From a virus: DNA of 64,000 bases. The notes beneath the pieces are model-generated. The model saw nothing but the letters and a program-made list of their open reading frames with translations, did no database searches and was not told the origin of the DNA. The stretch covers positions 4,764 to 68,763 of IMG/VR virus record IMGVR_UViG_3300020037_005798. One strand, 5' to 3'. The translations under genes and the position numbers were made by a program. Of the stretch, positions 1 to 10,875 are shown in pieces; position 1 is the first letter of the stretch; each line of letters begins with the position of its first letter.

Positions 1-207
1 ATCACTTATTATTTTATATAAGTCTTCACATTCTTCTTTAATAGTGTTTTTTACTATTTCAGAAGGTTCTTCTTCTGCTAACTTTAAATCAATTTCTAAT
101 ATTGGTTCTAAGTTTTCTATAGAAATACATTGTACTTCATCACCTTCAGTTGTTGATAGCCATTCTATATTATCTTGAATAGCTTTTACCATTTGGTATC
201 TGTTCAT
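1..207 (-). CDS. Hypothetical protein, partial (runs off the left edge)
   Basis: ATG at 207 overlaps the primase stop; frame MNRYQMVKAIQDNIEWL... stays open to position 1. Confidence 0.6.
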   Translation of the reverse strand, partial: MNRYQMVKAIQDNIEWLSTTEGDEVQCISIENLEPILEIDLKLAEEEPSEIVKNTIKEECEDLYKIISD

Positions 208-1208
208 TTTATAAGTTTTTTACGTTTAAATACTTTCTCCAAAGTATGCATGCCATAATCTTTAGCAAGATCTGCCCAATCTTTAATACCATCAGATAAA
301 TAGCTTCTAGGACAATTACAATACTCAAAATCAAGTAATTTTGTTATTTGTAATGAATTTTTAACTCCTGTTTGATCACTATCGAATGATAGTATTTGTC
401 TTTTTGAATTTTCTTTTAAGAATTTGACATTTTCAGGGCTAAAACAAGCTATACCTTCATTTTGTACACCACAAGTAGTTTCTATTAATTTTTTAGAAAC
501 CATATAATCTTTTTTGGATTTATTTATAAAAGCAAATTCACAATTAATAATGTTTTCTTTGCCATCCATAGTGGTTATAGGTACATTATTAGGAACCCAT
601 TTTGTATCATGATTTCCATAAGGTCTATATATTTTCCAATGTCCATCATAAAAATAACCAAACTTTAATTCTGTTTTTTTAATTGTAAATAGTTTTCCAT
701 TTAAATAAACTTTATCAATAGAAAATACATTCTCTTTTTTTAAATCAGAAATATCTTGATGATACTGATTCCAATAAGCTAATTCTTCTAAAGTAAAATT
801 TCTTGTAACAACTTGTATTCTTGTATACTTTTTAGCAACATCTTCAGGTTGTTTATACTCTTTAATTATTCTTTTATAAGAATCTTTATTATCATTAGAC
901 TTAAATCCTAATCCAAAATCCCTATCTATAATCTCTAAAGCAGTATTAAAATTACAATTGAAAAGCGTTTTTACAAAAATAAAACAATTTCCCTTTTTAC
1001 TTTGATCCCCATAATCAACAAAAGATAGTGAAGAACCAGTAGTTTTAATCAAAAAAGAAGGTGTTCTTTCTTTTCTAAAAGGAGAAAAACAAAGTGAGTT
1101 TACTTTCCAATTTTCTCCTCCCATATACATTCTAAAAATATCATAAGCACTGATTTTCTTTAAAATATTATCAGGGGATAAAATTTCTTTTTTGTTTCCT
1201 TGTATCAT
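204..1208 (-). CDS. dnaG: DNA primase (DnaG-like, crAss-type)
   Basis: Degenerate Zn-finger region CFSPFRKERTPSF, TOPRIM-like SFDSDQTG and C-terminal KDWAD; replication cluster. Confidence 0.85.
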   Translation of the reverse strand: MIQGNKKEILSPDNILKKISAYDIFRMYMGGENWKVNSLCFSPFRKERTPSFLIKTTGSSLSFVDYGDQSKKGNCFIFVKTLFNCNFNTALEIIDRDFGLGFKSNDNKDSYKRIIKEYKQPEDVAKKYTRIQVVTRNFTLEELAYWNQYHQDISDLKKENVFSIDKVYLNGKLFTIKKTELKFGYFYDGHWKIYRPYGNHDTKWVPNNVPITTMDGKENIINCEFAFINKSKKDYMVSKKLIETTCGVQNEGIACFSPENVKFLKENSKRQILSFDSDQTGVKNSLQITKLLDFEYCNCPRSYLSDGIKDWADLAKDYGMHTLEKVFKRKKLIK

Positions 1209-1220
1209 AATAAAGAGAAT

Positions 1221-1254
1221 AAAAAAGCCTCTCCATATTACAGAAGAGGCTTCT
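1221..1254 (-). terminator. Intrinsic terminator
   Basis: Stem AAGCCTCT/AGAGGCTT followed by a U-run on the minus strand. Confidence 0.65.
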
Positions 1255-1271
1255 TAAAATTAATAACAATT

Positions 1272-2135
1272 TTAATAGTCCGAATTTTTATCATTCGTCA
1301 TAGGTGCATCAGATGCAGCTATGTTCTCTTCTGGGTTGTAATCTTTTAATGGTTTTAATACATAGAAATCTTTACAACCATAATCACCTGTAACTTGTAA
1401 AACAAATCTTTCATGTGGTTTTAAATCTGCTGTTTTTTTAGCATTAAGTTTATCTAACACTTCTTCACTACCATAATCAATTAAATTAAAGTTTTTCAAA
1501 GTATAAGCAGATAAAAATGCTTTATTGTAGATGTTTTGATATTCTTCTATTTTACCATCTCTATCTCTAGTGACAATAGTTGCTAAACATCCAACATTAA
1601 CAGCATATTCTCCATCAATCTGATCTTTTAAATCTTTAACATTACCTTTCATTAGTTTTTTCCAATCTACTTGTAGAACAGTACTTTCACTACGGTAATC
1701 TAATTTTCCTAACCAAATTCTTAAGAAATTATACAATTCCTCTTCACCAACATTAGATTTACGAAAATCTCTTTTAGCAAACCATTCAGGTAAATCGTTT
1801 TTATCTTCTGCCCAAGAACAAACACCAATTTCATTTATGTATTGATTCTTTGTGGCTTCTTTGTTAGATTTAATTTTATCTTCTAAAAAGAAACTTGTTT
1901 TAAATCTTCCACCAGTTTTTAATTCTTGTAACCAAACATCTATCCTTAAAGTAGTGTTTCCTTCTTTACTCTCTCCTAAATAATCAGCAGCTTTACTATC
2001 CTCTTTTACTTCAATATTTAAAAGTTCTTTGTATTGTTCTACTGTAGGATTAATAGCAATTACTTTGCCTTCAAATAAACCTACTTTTTTACTGTAGTCT
2101 ACTTCTTCTCTTTTTGATCCACCAATTCCACTCAT
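1272..2135 (-). CDS. Putative single-stranded DNA-binding protein (crAss-type)
   Basis: 287 aa with KVIAINPT motif and acidic tail; lies between primase and AAA ATPase as in crAss-like replication modules. Confidence 0.55.
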   Translation of the reverse strand: MSGIGGSKREEVDYSKKVGLFEGKVIAINPTVEQYKELLNIEVKEDSKAADYLGESKEGNTTLRIDVWLQELKTGGRFKTSFFLEDKIKSNKEATKNQYINEIGVCSWAEDKNDLPEWFAKRDFRKSNVGEEELYNFLRIWLGKLDYRSESTVLQVDWKKLMKGNVKDLKDQIDGEYAVNVGCLATIVTRDRDGKIEEYQNIYNKAFLSAYTLKNFNLIDYGSEEVLDKLNAKKTADLKPHERFVLQVTGDYGCKDFYVLKPLKDYNPEENIAASDAPMTNDKNSDY

Positions 2136-2160
2136 AATTTTCTATATTATTTATTATTTA

Positions 2161-2433
2161 TTATTTTTCTTCTTGTCTAAAAGCTTTTTCCCAAATAGGT
2201 ATCATTTTAACAGGGTTATCTATATATTCATTTATTGCTATCATAGCTTCTTTAATAGTGCTAAAAGCAATTTTTTTACAACCCACTCTTACTATACACC
2301 CTATTGATAAAAATTCTATTTCAATAGTGTATTCTCGTAACAACTCTGATTTTGGTCTTCTGTATTCTTTTTCTTCTTGTATGCAAGGAACAGGTTGTTC
2401 CGTTTGTGCACCTAATTCATTATTTACTTCCAT
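2161..2433 (-). CDS. Hypothetical protein
   Basis: 90 aa ORF in operon orientation. Confidence 0.6.
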   Translation of the reverse strand: MEVNNELGAQTEQPVPCIQEEKEYRRPKSELLREYTIEIEFLSIGCIVRVGCKKIAFSTIKEAMIAINEYIDNPVKMIPIWEKAFRQEEK

Positions 2434-2444
2434 AATTTTAAATT

Positions 2445-3281
2445 TTAATTGTTATAAATTTTTTCCCAAAATGTTTTTATTTCATCATTTTTGTCTTTAG
2501 AAGAAATTAATATTCTTCCTTTTAATTGAGGTGCTCTACTTCCAGCAACAATGCTATCATTTAAAACATCAAAATTAATGTATCTTTCATCCCCCTCAGC
2601 AACTAATTTTCCTAAAGCGGTAACTTTAGATGCAAATATTCTTTTAAGCTGTCCTGTAAGAGCTATTTCACTTCCTACTACTTCTTCTTTACCATTATCT
2701 TTGATATATTTATCAGTAATGTGAGCAGCATAAATTCTGTAAGGGCTAATTTGTCTAAAAATGTCAATTTGATCTAAAAACCATTTTCTTGTGTGTTGGT
2801 AACCTGCACCATCAGGTAATGTAATAACAGATTTCCATTCAGGATCTCCTACTTCATACTGTTCACCATAAGAACCACTTCCTAATTTAGGTCTATTAAA
2901 GTTTTTACCTATAATAGAGTTCATATAAGCCTTTGTTCCTCCAATTTCAGATAAAGCATCTAAATCTGATAGACCATCAATAATTAAATATTCATACTTT
3001 CCTTTATTCTCTAATAAAAGATTACGATATGAAATATAATTTTGAAAACTTTCATATAAATTAGTAGACTGATCTGTATATGTAGACATTTTTCTAGCTT
3101 TAATGTATTCATATCCTCCTTTTTCAAGGTCTAATACTAAAGCATTGTTTTTTGTTGTGAAATCTCCAAGTATTGTACCTTTACCCATTTTAGGTATAGA
3201 TAAAATAACCAGATCTCTTGGTGCTGATAAGTGAATATCACTTATTTCATCGGGTAATCTCAATTCTTTTTTTTCTTCCAT
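2445..3281 (-). CDS. AAA_24/Sak4-like ATPase (recombination)
   Basis: Walker A SIPKMGKG, LDLEKG, Walker B LIIDG, and AAH motif. Confidence 0.75.
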   Translation of the reverse strand: MEEKKELRLPDEISDIHLSAPRDLVILSIPKMGKGTILGDFTTKNNALVLDLEKGGYEYIKARKMSTYTDQSTNLYESFQNYISYRNLLLENKGKYEYLIIDGLSDLDALSEIGGTKAYMNSIIGKNFNRPKLGSGSYGEQYEVGDPEWKSVITLPDGAGYQHTRKWFLDQIDIFRQISPYRIYAAHITDKYIKDNGKEEVVGSEIALTGQLKRIFASKVTALGKLVAEGDERYINFDVLNDSIVAGSRAPQLKGRILISSKDKNDEIKTFWEKIYNN

Positions 3282-3299
3282 GTTTATCTAATTTAATTG

Positions 3300-3608
3300 T
3301 TATAAAAATTCTTTCTTAAATTTTTTATTAGTTGTAATATCAATTTTTGCTCCATTAATAAGAGCTTCATAAGCTGTTTTTGACATTACTAAATCAGCTG
3401 TGTGATCTGTTCCAATACCTATAGTAACACTTACTGTTTCTACAAAATACTCAGATCTGTAACCTGGTTGGTTAATACATAAATTAGCTTTTGGACTAAT
3501 TTTTATTTCTTTACCAAGTGTGGAAAATTTTTCAATAATTTGTTTGTACTCTCTAGTAACTGGTCTTCCTGGTTCATTAACCATAATAACCTCCATTCCT
3601 GTTTTCAT
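3300..3608 (-). CDS. Hypothetical protein
   Basis: 102 aa ORF with a promoter-like element upstream. Confidence 0.6.
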   Translation of the reverse strand: MKTGMEVIMVNEPGRPVTREYKQIIEKFSTLGKEIKISPKANLCINQPGYRSEYFVETVSVTIGIGTDHTADLVMSKTAYEALINGAKIDITTNKKFKKEFL

Positions 3609-3632
3609 AATTCAAAATTTAAAATTTGTATT

Positions 3633-3640
3633 CAAATATA
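3633..3640 (-). promoter_or_regulatory. Bacteroidota-type -7 promoter element (TAnnTTTG)
   Basis: TATATTTG on the minus strand in the intergenic gap upstream of ORF 3608. Confidence 0.55.
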
Positions 3641-3657
3641 CAAAAATGATTCTGTTT

Positions 3658-4734
3658 TTACAAAAATTCAATCTTATTTTTATCAAAAAATTCTAAAGAT
3701 TTTCTTAACCAATTAACTTCAACTTCTTCTTTTGTACTAATAATGTATATTATAGCTAGTTTTTCAGGGTTGTCATATTCATATGCCATACATCTGTTTA
3801 TTTTTTGAGTAAAGTTTTCACCATTACTATCAAAGTCTGCTAATATTACACAATTTAATGGTTTATAAGTAGTTCCTGTATTACCAATTTTAACTACTGC
3901 AAGATGATTTCCTATTCCTTCACAAAATTCTTGAAAGATAGTTTTATCTTTTGTTTTATTATGAAAAGATGGTATTCCTAAAGAATCAGCAATCTCTGTT
4001 CTTCCACAAAAGACTAAAGCTCTTTTATCTCCTAATTGTTTTAAGAGTTTTTTAGCTTCTATTACTTTACAAGGACTGTTTTGTAATATAGATTTTCTTT
4101 TTAACTTTAAGAATTTAGTATCTTTCCCTTCTTCAGTTAGTTTTTTAATTACATAAGATACATTATCATAATAAGCTTTTTCAGTTTTAGCTTTACCACT
4201 ATATAATTTAATAGTTTTAGCATCTAGTTCAGTACTTATTATTTTAATTCTATAATCACTAATTACTTTCTCATCAATAGCTTTTTGAATAGAATATTTA
4301 GCAACTACTCTAAGTTTCAAACTTCTTTTTAGATAAGATTCAGTTTGAGAAGTTAAAGTACCAGTTAATCCTAATATACAAGTATTCTTAATAAACAATT
4401 TTTGACAAGCCAATACTTGTGAAGTAGATAATAAATGAATCTCATCAATGATAACAATATCATAAATCTCAGTAACAAGTTTTTTGAGGGATAGATGAGT
4501 AGTGTATGTAACATTACTATCATCATAATTCATAGTCTCAAAATCTCTTTTCCAAGAATCTTTGATATTGTTATCAGGATAAGCTATTAATATTTTTGGA
4601 TTATTATATTTTTCCAATATTAGAATACTAGTTCTTATTTTACCAAAACGTGGGCATAAATTAAGGATACCTCTTTTTCCAGTTCTTTCAAAAATCTGAG
4701 AAAACTCTAATTGTCTTTGATCTCTTAAAGTCAT
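3658..4734 (-). CDS. Superfamily 2 helicase
   Basis: Q-motif LRDQRQ, CPRFGKI (Walker A), IIDEIH (DExH), GLTGT (motif III), QKINR (motif VI). Confidence 0.85.
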   Translation of the reverse strand: MTLRDQRQLEFSQIFERTGKRGILNLCPRFGKIRTSILILEKYNNPKILIAYPDNNIKDSWKRDFETMNYDDSNVTYTTHLSLKKLVTEIYDIVIIDEIHLLSTSQVLACQKLFIKNTCILGLTGTLTSQTESYLKRSLKLRVVAKYSIQKAIDEKVISDYRIKIISTELDAKTIKLYSGKAKTEKAYYDNVSYVIKKLTEEGKDTKFLKLKRKSILQNSPCKVIEAKKLLKQLGDKRALVFCGRTEIADSLGIPSFHNKTKDKTIFQEFCEGIGNHLAVVKIGNTGTTYKPLNCVILADFDSNGENFTQKINRCMAYEYDNPEKLAIIYIISTKEEVEVNWLRKSLEFFDKNKIEFL

Positions 4735-4946
4735 ATATGTTTATTTAAATAATACTTTAATTCCATTGCACTTCTTTTAATAGAACCAGCTAATCTTGTT
4801 CCATTAATACTATTAACTCCATACAATTGTGTACTTCCAAATATAGTATGTCCTTTCTGAAGTTTAGCTAAAGCAATACCTTCATCAATTTTGCTTTCAA
4901 ATCTTTTTAATTCTTCCTTAATCTTCAATAATTCTTTCAGATCCAT
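4731..4946 (-). CDS. Hypothetical protein
   Basis: 71 aa, coupled to neighbouring genes. Confidence 0.55.
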   Translation of the reverse strand: MDLKELLKIKEELKRFESKIDEGIALAKLQKGHTIFGSTQLYGVNSINGTRLAGSIKRSAMELKYYLNKHI

Positions 4947-4948
4947 AA

Positions 4949-6019
4949 TTATTTTTTATTTAAAAAATATGATTTATCTAAGACAGATTCATAATCATTA
5001 TCTGTCATGTCTTTTTTACGAGGTAGTTCTTTAAACATACCAACTTGGCCCAAAAATCCTAATCCAATGCGAATATCATCTTCTCCATAACTATTCTTAA
5101 TAAGTCTTAAAGACCTAAAGAATTTAGCACCATAAGAATCTATAAGTTTGTCAAGATTATAACCACTTGGGTCAGCCACTTTATAACGCATAGGATCAAA
5201 TAATGCTAATACAACATCTGCATCATCCTGAGTTTGTGAAGAATCTTTAAAATCTTCTAACTGAGGTTCTACATCACCATTTTTAATTCTAATAGGATTA
5301 GAAATATCTCTATTAAACTGACTTACTACAACAGGACTATATCCATAGAAATCTCTAGCAAACCTAAGTTCATCAGACATCTTATCAATAAGTTGTTTTT
5401 TGGTATTAAGCTCTTTAGTGGTTTTAAGAAGACCAATATGATCTATAACTACTTCAGTGAACTCATTAGGATTATTAGGAATATAAACTTTGTTGTATTT
5501 ACTAACTTCTTCTATAGTTCCTCTTTCTTCAGCATGAGCTTTTAATTCTTTAGCTATACCTACAGGGTTCTCAGGACCATCTATAATAGTAACAATTTCT
5601 AAGATTTCTCCAATATAATCTTTTGTTAGTAAAAAAAGATCATGTTCATCTTTAGTCATAGTTTCTGTCCATCCTAATAATTTAGGAACAGGTATAATAA
5701 CACCATGATCTAAGAATATTTTTCTTGAAACCCATTTAGCAAGCTTATAAACTTTACTTCGCTCCATAGAACGATATATAATCTTTAAGCTCACTCCTGA
5801 TTTCTTACCTTCTTCACTTAACATCCAATCAACAGGATTTAATACATAACAATCATCTAAAAAGCTTGTTTTACCACTTCCTGTTAATCCTCCAATTAGA
5901 GTGTAGATTCCTTTTCTAATACCAATATATCTATTAAGTCTATTAAAACCCATAGGTATACCATTATTTCTACCAGCTAAACCTTTGTTAACCTCATCAT
6001 CAAGACTTTCAAAGCTCAT
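4949..6019 (-). CDS. dnaB: Replicative helicase, DnaB family
   Basis: GGLTGSGKT, SME, VIDHIGL, VSQFNR, QDDADVVLAL motifs. Confidence 0.9.
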   Translation of the reverse strand: MSFESLDDEVNKGLAGRNNGIPMGFNRLNRYIGIRKGIYTLIGGLTGSGKTSFLDDCYVLNPVDWMLSEEGKKSGVSLKIIYRSMERSKVYKLAKWVSRKIFLDHGVIIPVPKLLGWTETMTKDEHDLFLLTKDYIGEILEIVTIIDGPENPVGIAKELKAHAEERGTIEEVSKYNKVYIPNNPNEFTEVVIDHIGLLKTTKELNTKKQLIDKMSDELRFARDFYGYSPVVVSQFNRDISNPIRIKNGDVEPQLEDFKDSSQTQDDADVVLALFDPMRYKVADPSGYNLDKLIDSYGAKFFRSLRLIKNSYGEDDIRIGLGFLGQVGMFKELPRKKDMTDNDYESVLDKSYFLNKK

Positions 6020-6314
6020 TTTTAAGTGAATTTACATAGTTAACTGCTTTTTCATGTTGTTTAAGAGCTTCTTCGTATGTTGAACATCTTACTTGATATT
6101 CTCCATGTTCAACTTTTCCAAATAACATTGTTTCAAATACTATAGGAACAGGACTATTACTAAAATTATGATCTAATCCTAAGAAAACTGTTGAAACAAA
6201 TACACCATTAATAGTTTCTTGCTTAACACTTCTCATTTTATCTGTTAACCCTTGTATCCACTCAGTAATAGTTACTTTATAAGGTTTTTTATTTTCATCT
6301 AATAAATAATACAT
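6009..6314 (-). CDS. Conserved phage hypothetical protein
   Basis: VSTVFLGLDH...FETMLFG...RCSTYEEA motif, recalled as common in phages. Confidence 0.65.
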   Translation of the reverse strand: MYYLLDENKKPYKVTITEWIQGLTDKMRSVKQETINGVFVSTVFLGLDHNFSNSPVPIVFETMLFGKVEHGEYQVRCSTYEEALKQHEKAVNYVNSLKNEL

Positions 6315-6460
6315 ATTAAATATCTTTTAATTGTTCTTTTTGACTATTGTCTTTTTTCTGATGTTTATGTAATCTATTATTTCTACAATAATCACAATTT
6401 CCATTATTTCTACATTGTTTAGAACTCTTTTTAGATTTTGTATAAGAAGATTTGACTGTT

Positions 6461-7141
6461 CTACTCATAGTATAAAATATTACCATTACTACTTAAAGTT
6501 CCAAACTTTCGATCTGTAACAATAGAACCATTACTAAATATAGTTGGATGAGCAGAAAGTTTTAATATTCCTGCATTAACAATATTTTCATTATTGTGTA
6601 TATGTCCAAACAAACAAAATTTAGGTTTAATTCTATTTAATACATGATTATTCAAAGCTTTACATCCACACATTTCTAAAACACCTTCTCTATTATAAGA
6701 AAAGTCTAGTATTCCTTTAGGAGGGCCATGAACTACTAATATATCAGTATCTTCAGGAATATGTTTCCACATTTCATCTAACTTACTTCTGTCTTTCATA
6801 AAAGCCCATTGAGCAAATTGAGGAGTATAGGGACTTCCATAAATTTTAATACCTTCAATTTCTACCCAATTATTTTCTAAATAGATAATATCTACTTCAC
6901 CAAAATCTTGTTTTTTTACTAAACCTTTTTCAATGCTAGTGTCATGATTACCTGCTACAAAAATCTTGTATTTAATAGGAAGAGCACTAAACCAATCTAT
7001 AAAATCTCTTACTTCCCACTCATTTGTATAAGGATCTCTAGGATTACTACAATCTCCTGAAAAGATTACAATGTCCACATCTTTAGGAATTTCTAATAAA
7101 CTGTGATAAGTGTGTGAATCACTAAAATGCCAAATTTTCAT
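6461..7141 (-). CDS. Calcineurin-like metallophosphoesterase
   Basis: SDSH, SGD, AGNHD, VHGPP and FGHIH motifs. Confidence 0.9.
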   Translation of the reverse strand: MKIWHFSDSHTYHSLLEIPKDVDIVIFSGDCSNPRDPYTNEWEVRDFIDWFSALPIKYKIFVAGNHDTSIEKGLVKKQDFGEVDIIYLENNWVEIEGIKIYGSPYTPQFAQWAFMKDRSKLDEMWKHIPEDTDILVVHGPPKGILDFSYNREGVLEMCGCKALNNHVLNRIKPKFCLFGHIHNNENIVNAGILKLSAHPTIFSNGSIVTDRKFGTLSSNGNILYYE

Positions 7142-7758
7142 ATATCTGTTCCGTTAAATTGATTTGTTTCCTGCACCTCAATATTCATAATCATTAGTTC
7201 TATGAAAGGCTCATAACTTCTTTGATTTAAATATGTAAGACTGTTTTGTAAATAAGTAAGCTTGTTTGTTTTTGTTTTAAAAGATTCCTCTTTTTTTTGA
7301 AGAACATCAAATTCTAATGCTTTGATAAGTTGCTCTGCAGAATATTCACCTTCGTTAAGAATTTTATCAAATTTTATTCTACATTCTAATTTAGAAGTTC
7401 TAAGTGCTCTTGCTCCTTCAAACACATATCCTTTATGTTTAAAGAAATTTGTACCAGGAAAAGTCATCCACCATTTACTAAAATCATCTGATTCAGCTTT
7501 TTTAATTACTAGTTTTATGTTTTTACCTGTTTCTAAATATAATAATAATTCAGAACCTTTTAAAGTTAGTTTATATTCATCTGTAATAAATCCTTTGATA
7601 ACCATTGAACCTAATACATTTTTTATTTTTAAACTATCCTTAATTAAGATTTCTACATCATAATTTTGATTAATCAACTGTAGTAAGTAAACGTGATCTA
7701 GTGAGTAAGATTTTTTTTGCAGTTCTGCGAAATGAAATGGACTTATGTTTAGTTTCAT
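7138..7758 (-). CDS. Putative replication/DNA-binding protein
   Basis: wHTH-like N-terminus; FSKWWMTFP and YLQNSLTYLNQ resemble phage replisome-organiser C-termini. Confidence 0.45.
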   Translation of the reverse strand: MKLNISPFHFAELQKKSYSLDHVYLLQLINQNYDVEILIKDSLKIKNVLGSMVIKGFITDEYKLTLKGSELLLYLETGKNIKLVIKKAESDDFSKWWMTFPGTNFFKHKGYVFEGARALRTSKLECRIKFDKILNEGEYSAEQLIKALEFDVLQKKEESFKTKTNKLTYLQNSLTYLNQRSYEPFIELMIMNIEVQETNQFNGTDI

Positions 7759-7894
7759 AGTGTATGATAATTTTTGCAGGTTTTTTTGATGTTTCTCTTT
7801 GCCAAGTGGCTTCTAAATCTTTTAATCTTTCCAATGCATAAATTGCATCTTTTTTGTGTTCATGTTCCCAATCAACGTCATTTACATTCATAAT

Positions 7895-8149
7895 TTAGTT
7901 TTTTGTTCTTACACCAAATGTTTGTTTGAAAAAAGTATAAGTTTCAACAGCTTTACTTCTGTTACATTTAAATACTTTCTTAATAAGCTTTACAGCATAA
8001 TTTTTAAACTGTAATTGTTGTTCTTGCGTCAATGTGATATTAAATCTCCAAATATCATCATTAACAATATCCATTATATTCTTATTAGCAAGTTTTAATT
8101 GATATTCCAATAAATGTCTACTAATGTTCTCCCTATTTATCTTTACCAT
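7895..8149 (-). CDS. Hypothetical protein
   Basis: 84 aa ORF downstream of the polymerase. Confidence 0.6.
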   Translation of the reverse strand: MVKINRENISRHLLEYQLKLANKNIMDIVNDDIWRFNITLTQEQQLQFKNYAVKLIKKVFKCNRSKAVETYTFFKQTFGVRTKN

Positions 8150-8155
8150 ATTTTA

Positions 8156-10150
8156 TTATTTTGCTTCACCCCAGGATTCTCCAGTATTTGCATCTGCTTT
8201 AATTTTTAAATTGGTTAAATAATGATTTCCTCCTTCTAACATACATTTTTCTATCATTATTCTTGTTCTTTCTGCTAATCTATCAGGAGATTCACAAACT
8301 ATTTCATCATGAATAGTATTACATAATAAAACAATATTTTGAAAATTATTTTTTAGTATCCATTCAAACAATAAACAAGTTGCAAGTTTTAATTGGTGAG
8401 CTCCTCTTGTTTGAACAGGATTATTAAGACACAATCTTTGATAACTTGATTTAAGTTTAAAGAAAGAGGATACATCCATTCTAACAGACATATAATAATT
8501 ATATGCAGTTATGTTTTGAATAATATATTCTTCATCTTTTTTAGAGGCTGCTCTTTCACTTTTACCAATTCTATATAAATCCCATTGCTCTTTACTAATC
8601 TTACCTATTTGTTCTTCAAGTCTTTTATACTTATCAAAGAAAGGTAATTTAAGTTTCCAACCATCTGCAGATTCAATATAACCTTGTTCAATAGCTTTTT
8701 TAAATTCTTTAGCTCCCCAAACATATAATCCTTCATGAAGAAGTTTAAATGCATTTTCAATTTCATAAGCTTTTTCTAATGGTATTCCCTCATTTTCATG
8801 AATGGTATAAGCAGAGCCTCCATACTGGAAAGCAAATCTTGGTGATTTAGCAGCTTGTCTTTTATCTTTATGTTCTTTTTGAATAATAGTATCTGTTAAA
8901 TCCTTAATTTCAGGAAAAAGTACTCTTGCAAAAGCACAATGTAAACAAGCTCCTGTAAGTACAGAATTAGTCATAGCTTCATCACCACTAAGATCAGCAG
9001 CAATAACAGTTTCTTGACCACTCCAGTCACATACAATCATTGAGTGGCCTTCTTTACATTTAAAAGCTTCTCTTGTAGCTTTATCAGAAGGAAAATTTAA
9101 AAAGTTAATAGAACCTTTTCTAGAAGATAGTCTAGCAGTATCAACCATAGGATTAAAACTAGTATAGATTCTTTCATCAATGATTTTATTAAAAATCTTT
9201 TCACCAAATGTTGTAACTCTATGATTAGCTTCTTGGAAGTTAAGCCACATTTTTACAAATTCATGTTTAGATTTACTAATAACAGTTTCATTTATGGAAT
9301 CTACACCATCTTTGTCTTTAGTTTCAATACCAAAAGCATTAAACACTTTAAGCATTTGCTTAGAAGAAGTCAAAGAAACTAATATTCTTTTCTTATCATC
9401 AAATAAATCAATTTGTTCATTTCTAAATTGAGGTAGGTTATCATAAATATACTCCTCTATAGCTCTTCCAAAAAGAATAACATTGTTTTTATCATCATTC
9501 ATTTTCTTTAGCCATCTCTCAGATGATATAGGCATACCACATACTTGCATGTAACTTAAAGCACGAATATATCTACAATGTAAATCATAAGTAAGTTTGA
9601 AACCCCCTTTAATAATTTTTTTTTCTAAAACTTCATGTAATTCTAGTAACTGATTAACATCAAGAAAACTATATTCTATAGTTGAAGGTTGTGAAAGTTT
9701 TACAATATGTATATTTTTTTGTTCATATTTATTAAGAAATATATTTAATTCTCGACTCATAAGAGCTCCTAAATCATGTCTTATTGTAGGATCACCATTA
9801 TATATTATTTTAGAAGCTAACATAGTATCTTTTATTTTTTTAGGAAAAAAACTGTGTCTATAAAAAAACTGTAAATCAAAAGTTAGATTTTGTCCAACAA
9901 GAGTTTTTCCTTCTAAATATGGGATTAGTTCTTTAAAAGTATAGTGATCAGAACTTGTATAAAAATCAATTAGATAATTATTCTCACCTGTACCTATTTG
10001 AATACAAAACATATCAAAGTCTCTAGAATTTAATCCTTCTGTTTCAGAGTCAATAGCAATTATTTCTGGTAAAATCATATCATTTAAATCACAAAAACTG
10101 TAATTTCCAAATGAAAAATAAGAAATGTTTTTTGTTATTATATAATTCAT
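8156..10150 (-). CDS. polA: DNA polymerase family A with 3'-5' exonuclease domain
   Basis: ExoI AIDSET, TARLSS, motif A CDWSGQE, motif B RQAAKSPRFAFQYG, motif C IHDEI. Confidence 0.95.
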   Translation of the reverse strand: MNYIITKNISYFSFGNYSFCDLNDMILPEIIAIDSETEGLNSRDFDMFCIQIGTGENNYLIDFYTSSDHYTFKELIPYLEGKTLVGQNLTFDLQFFYRHSFFPKKIKDTMLASKIIYNGDPTIRHDLGALMSRELNIFLNKYEQKNIHIVKLSQPSTIEYSFLDVNQLLELHEVLEKKIIKGGFKLTYDLHCRYIRALSYMQVCGMPISSERWLKKMNDDKNNVILFGRAIEEYIYDNLPQFRNEQIDLFDDKKRILVSLTSSKQMLKVFNAFGIETKDKDGVDSINETVISKSKHEFVKMWLNFQEANHRVTTFGEKIFNKIIDERIYTSFNPMVDTARLSSRKGSINFLNFPSDKATREAFKCKEGHSMIVCDWSGQETVIAADLSGDEAMTNSVLTGACLHCAFARVLFPEIKDLTDTIIQKEHKDKRQAAKSPRFAFQYGGSAYTIHENEGIPLEKAYEIENAFKLLHEGLYVWGAKEFKKAIEQGYIESADGWKLKLPFFDKYKRLEEQIGKISKEQWDLYRIGKSERAASKKDEEYIIQNITAYNYYMSVRMDVSSFFKLKSSYQRLCLNNPVQTRGAHQLKLATCLLFEWILKNNFQNIVLLCNTIHDEIVCESPDRLAERTRIMIEKCMLEGGNHYLTNLKIKADANTGESWGEAK

Positions 10151-10875
10151 AATTTATAATTAATTAAAATATTATAAACTTCACTAGACAAAGTATTTTT
10201 GTATTTATTTGCTAAACTTTTTATATGTTTTTCTTTAGATAAGTTATACTCAATAGAAGCTTCTTCAATTGTATTAAACATACCAAGATATTTGTTTTTA
10301 CCTTTAGTAGACATTTGGGCTGAAAATTTATTTTTATCTTTTCTAACTCCAGGAGGATAATTACTTTTTTTCTTTTGAATTATAGTAAAAGTTTGATTAA
10401 TTTCTTGAGGAATAAAACAACATGTTTCAGGAGAATAAATCTTGTTTCCTTTTATTAAAATGTCTTTGTCTAATTCAAAACCTTCGATGTAGTTTTTATT
10501 AAACCATTCTGCAAAATTTTGATAATTATGCCAATTTTTAGCAACATAACATTTTTCATAAGAAGATTGTTTTTTTTGAAAGTCTTTATCATAACATCTT
10601 TGAAGCATACTATTCCAAACATTGTAACTTTTTACAGCTTTTCTTTTTGTAGATACAGAATAAGTTCCTACACCTAAATAACCAACACCATAGACAGATA
10701 AATGATAAGGATTTTTTATTTTACCATTTTTAATATGAGAAAAAGTTATATTATGTTTAATCAAACCATTATCAAATTTTACAGAACAGTCACTATCTTT
10801 TAAATATTTAATAATTTCTATATTATAACCTTCCTTAGTTATATATCTTTCACCTATTCTATTTAACTTTTTCAT
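10147..10875 (-). mobile_element. Free-standing HNH/AP2-type homing endonuclease gene
   Basis: YNVWNSMLQRCY, W..YQNFAEW, LDKDIL..GNKIYSPETCCFIP, AP2-like KYLGMFNTIEEA; overlaps the polA start. Confidence 0.75.
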
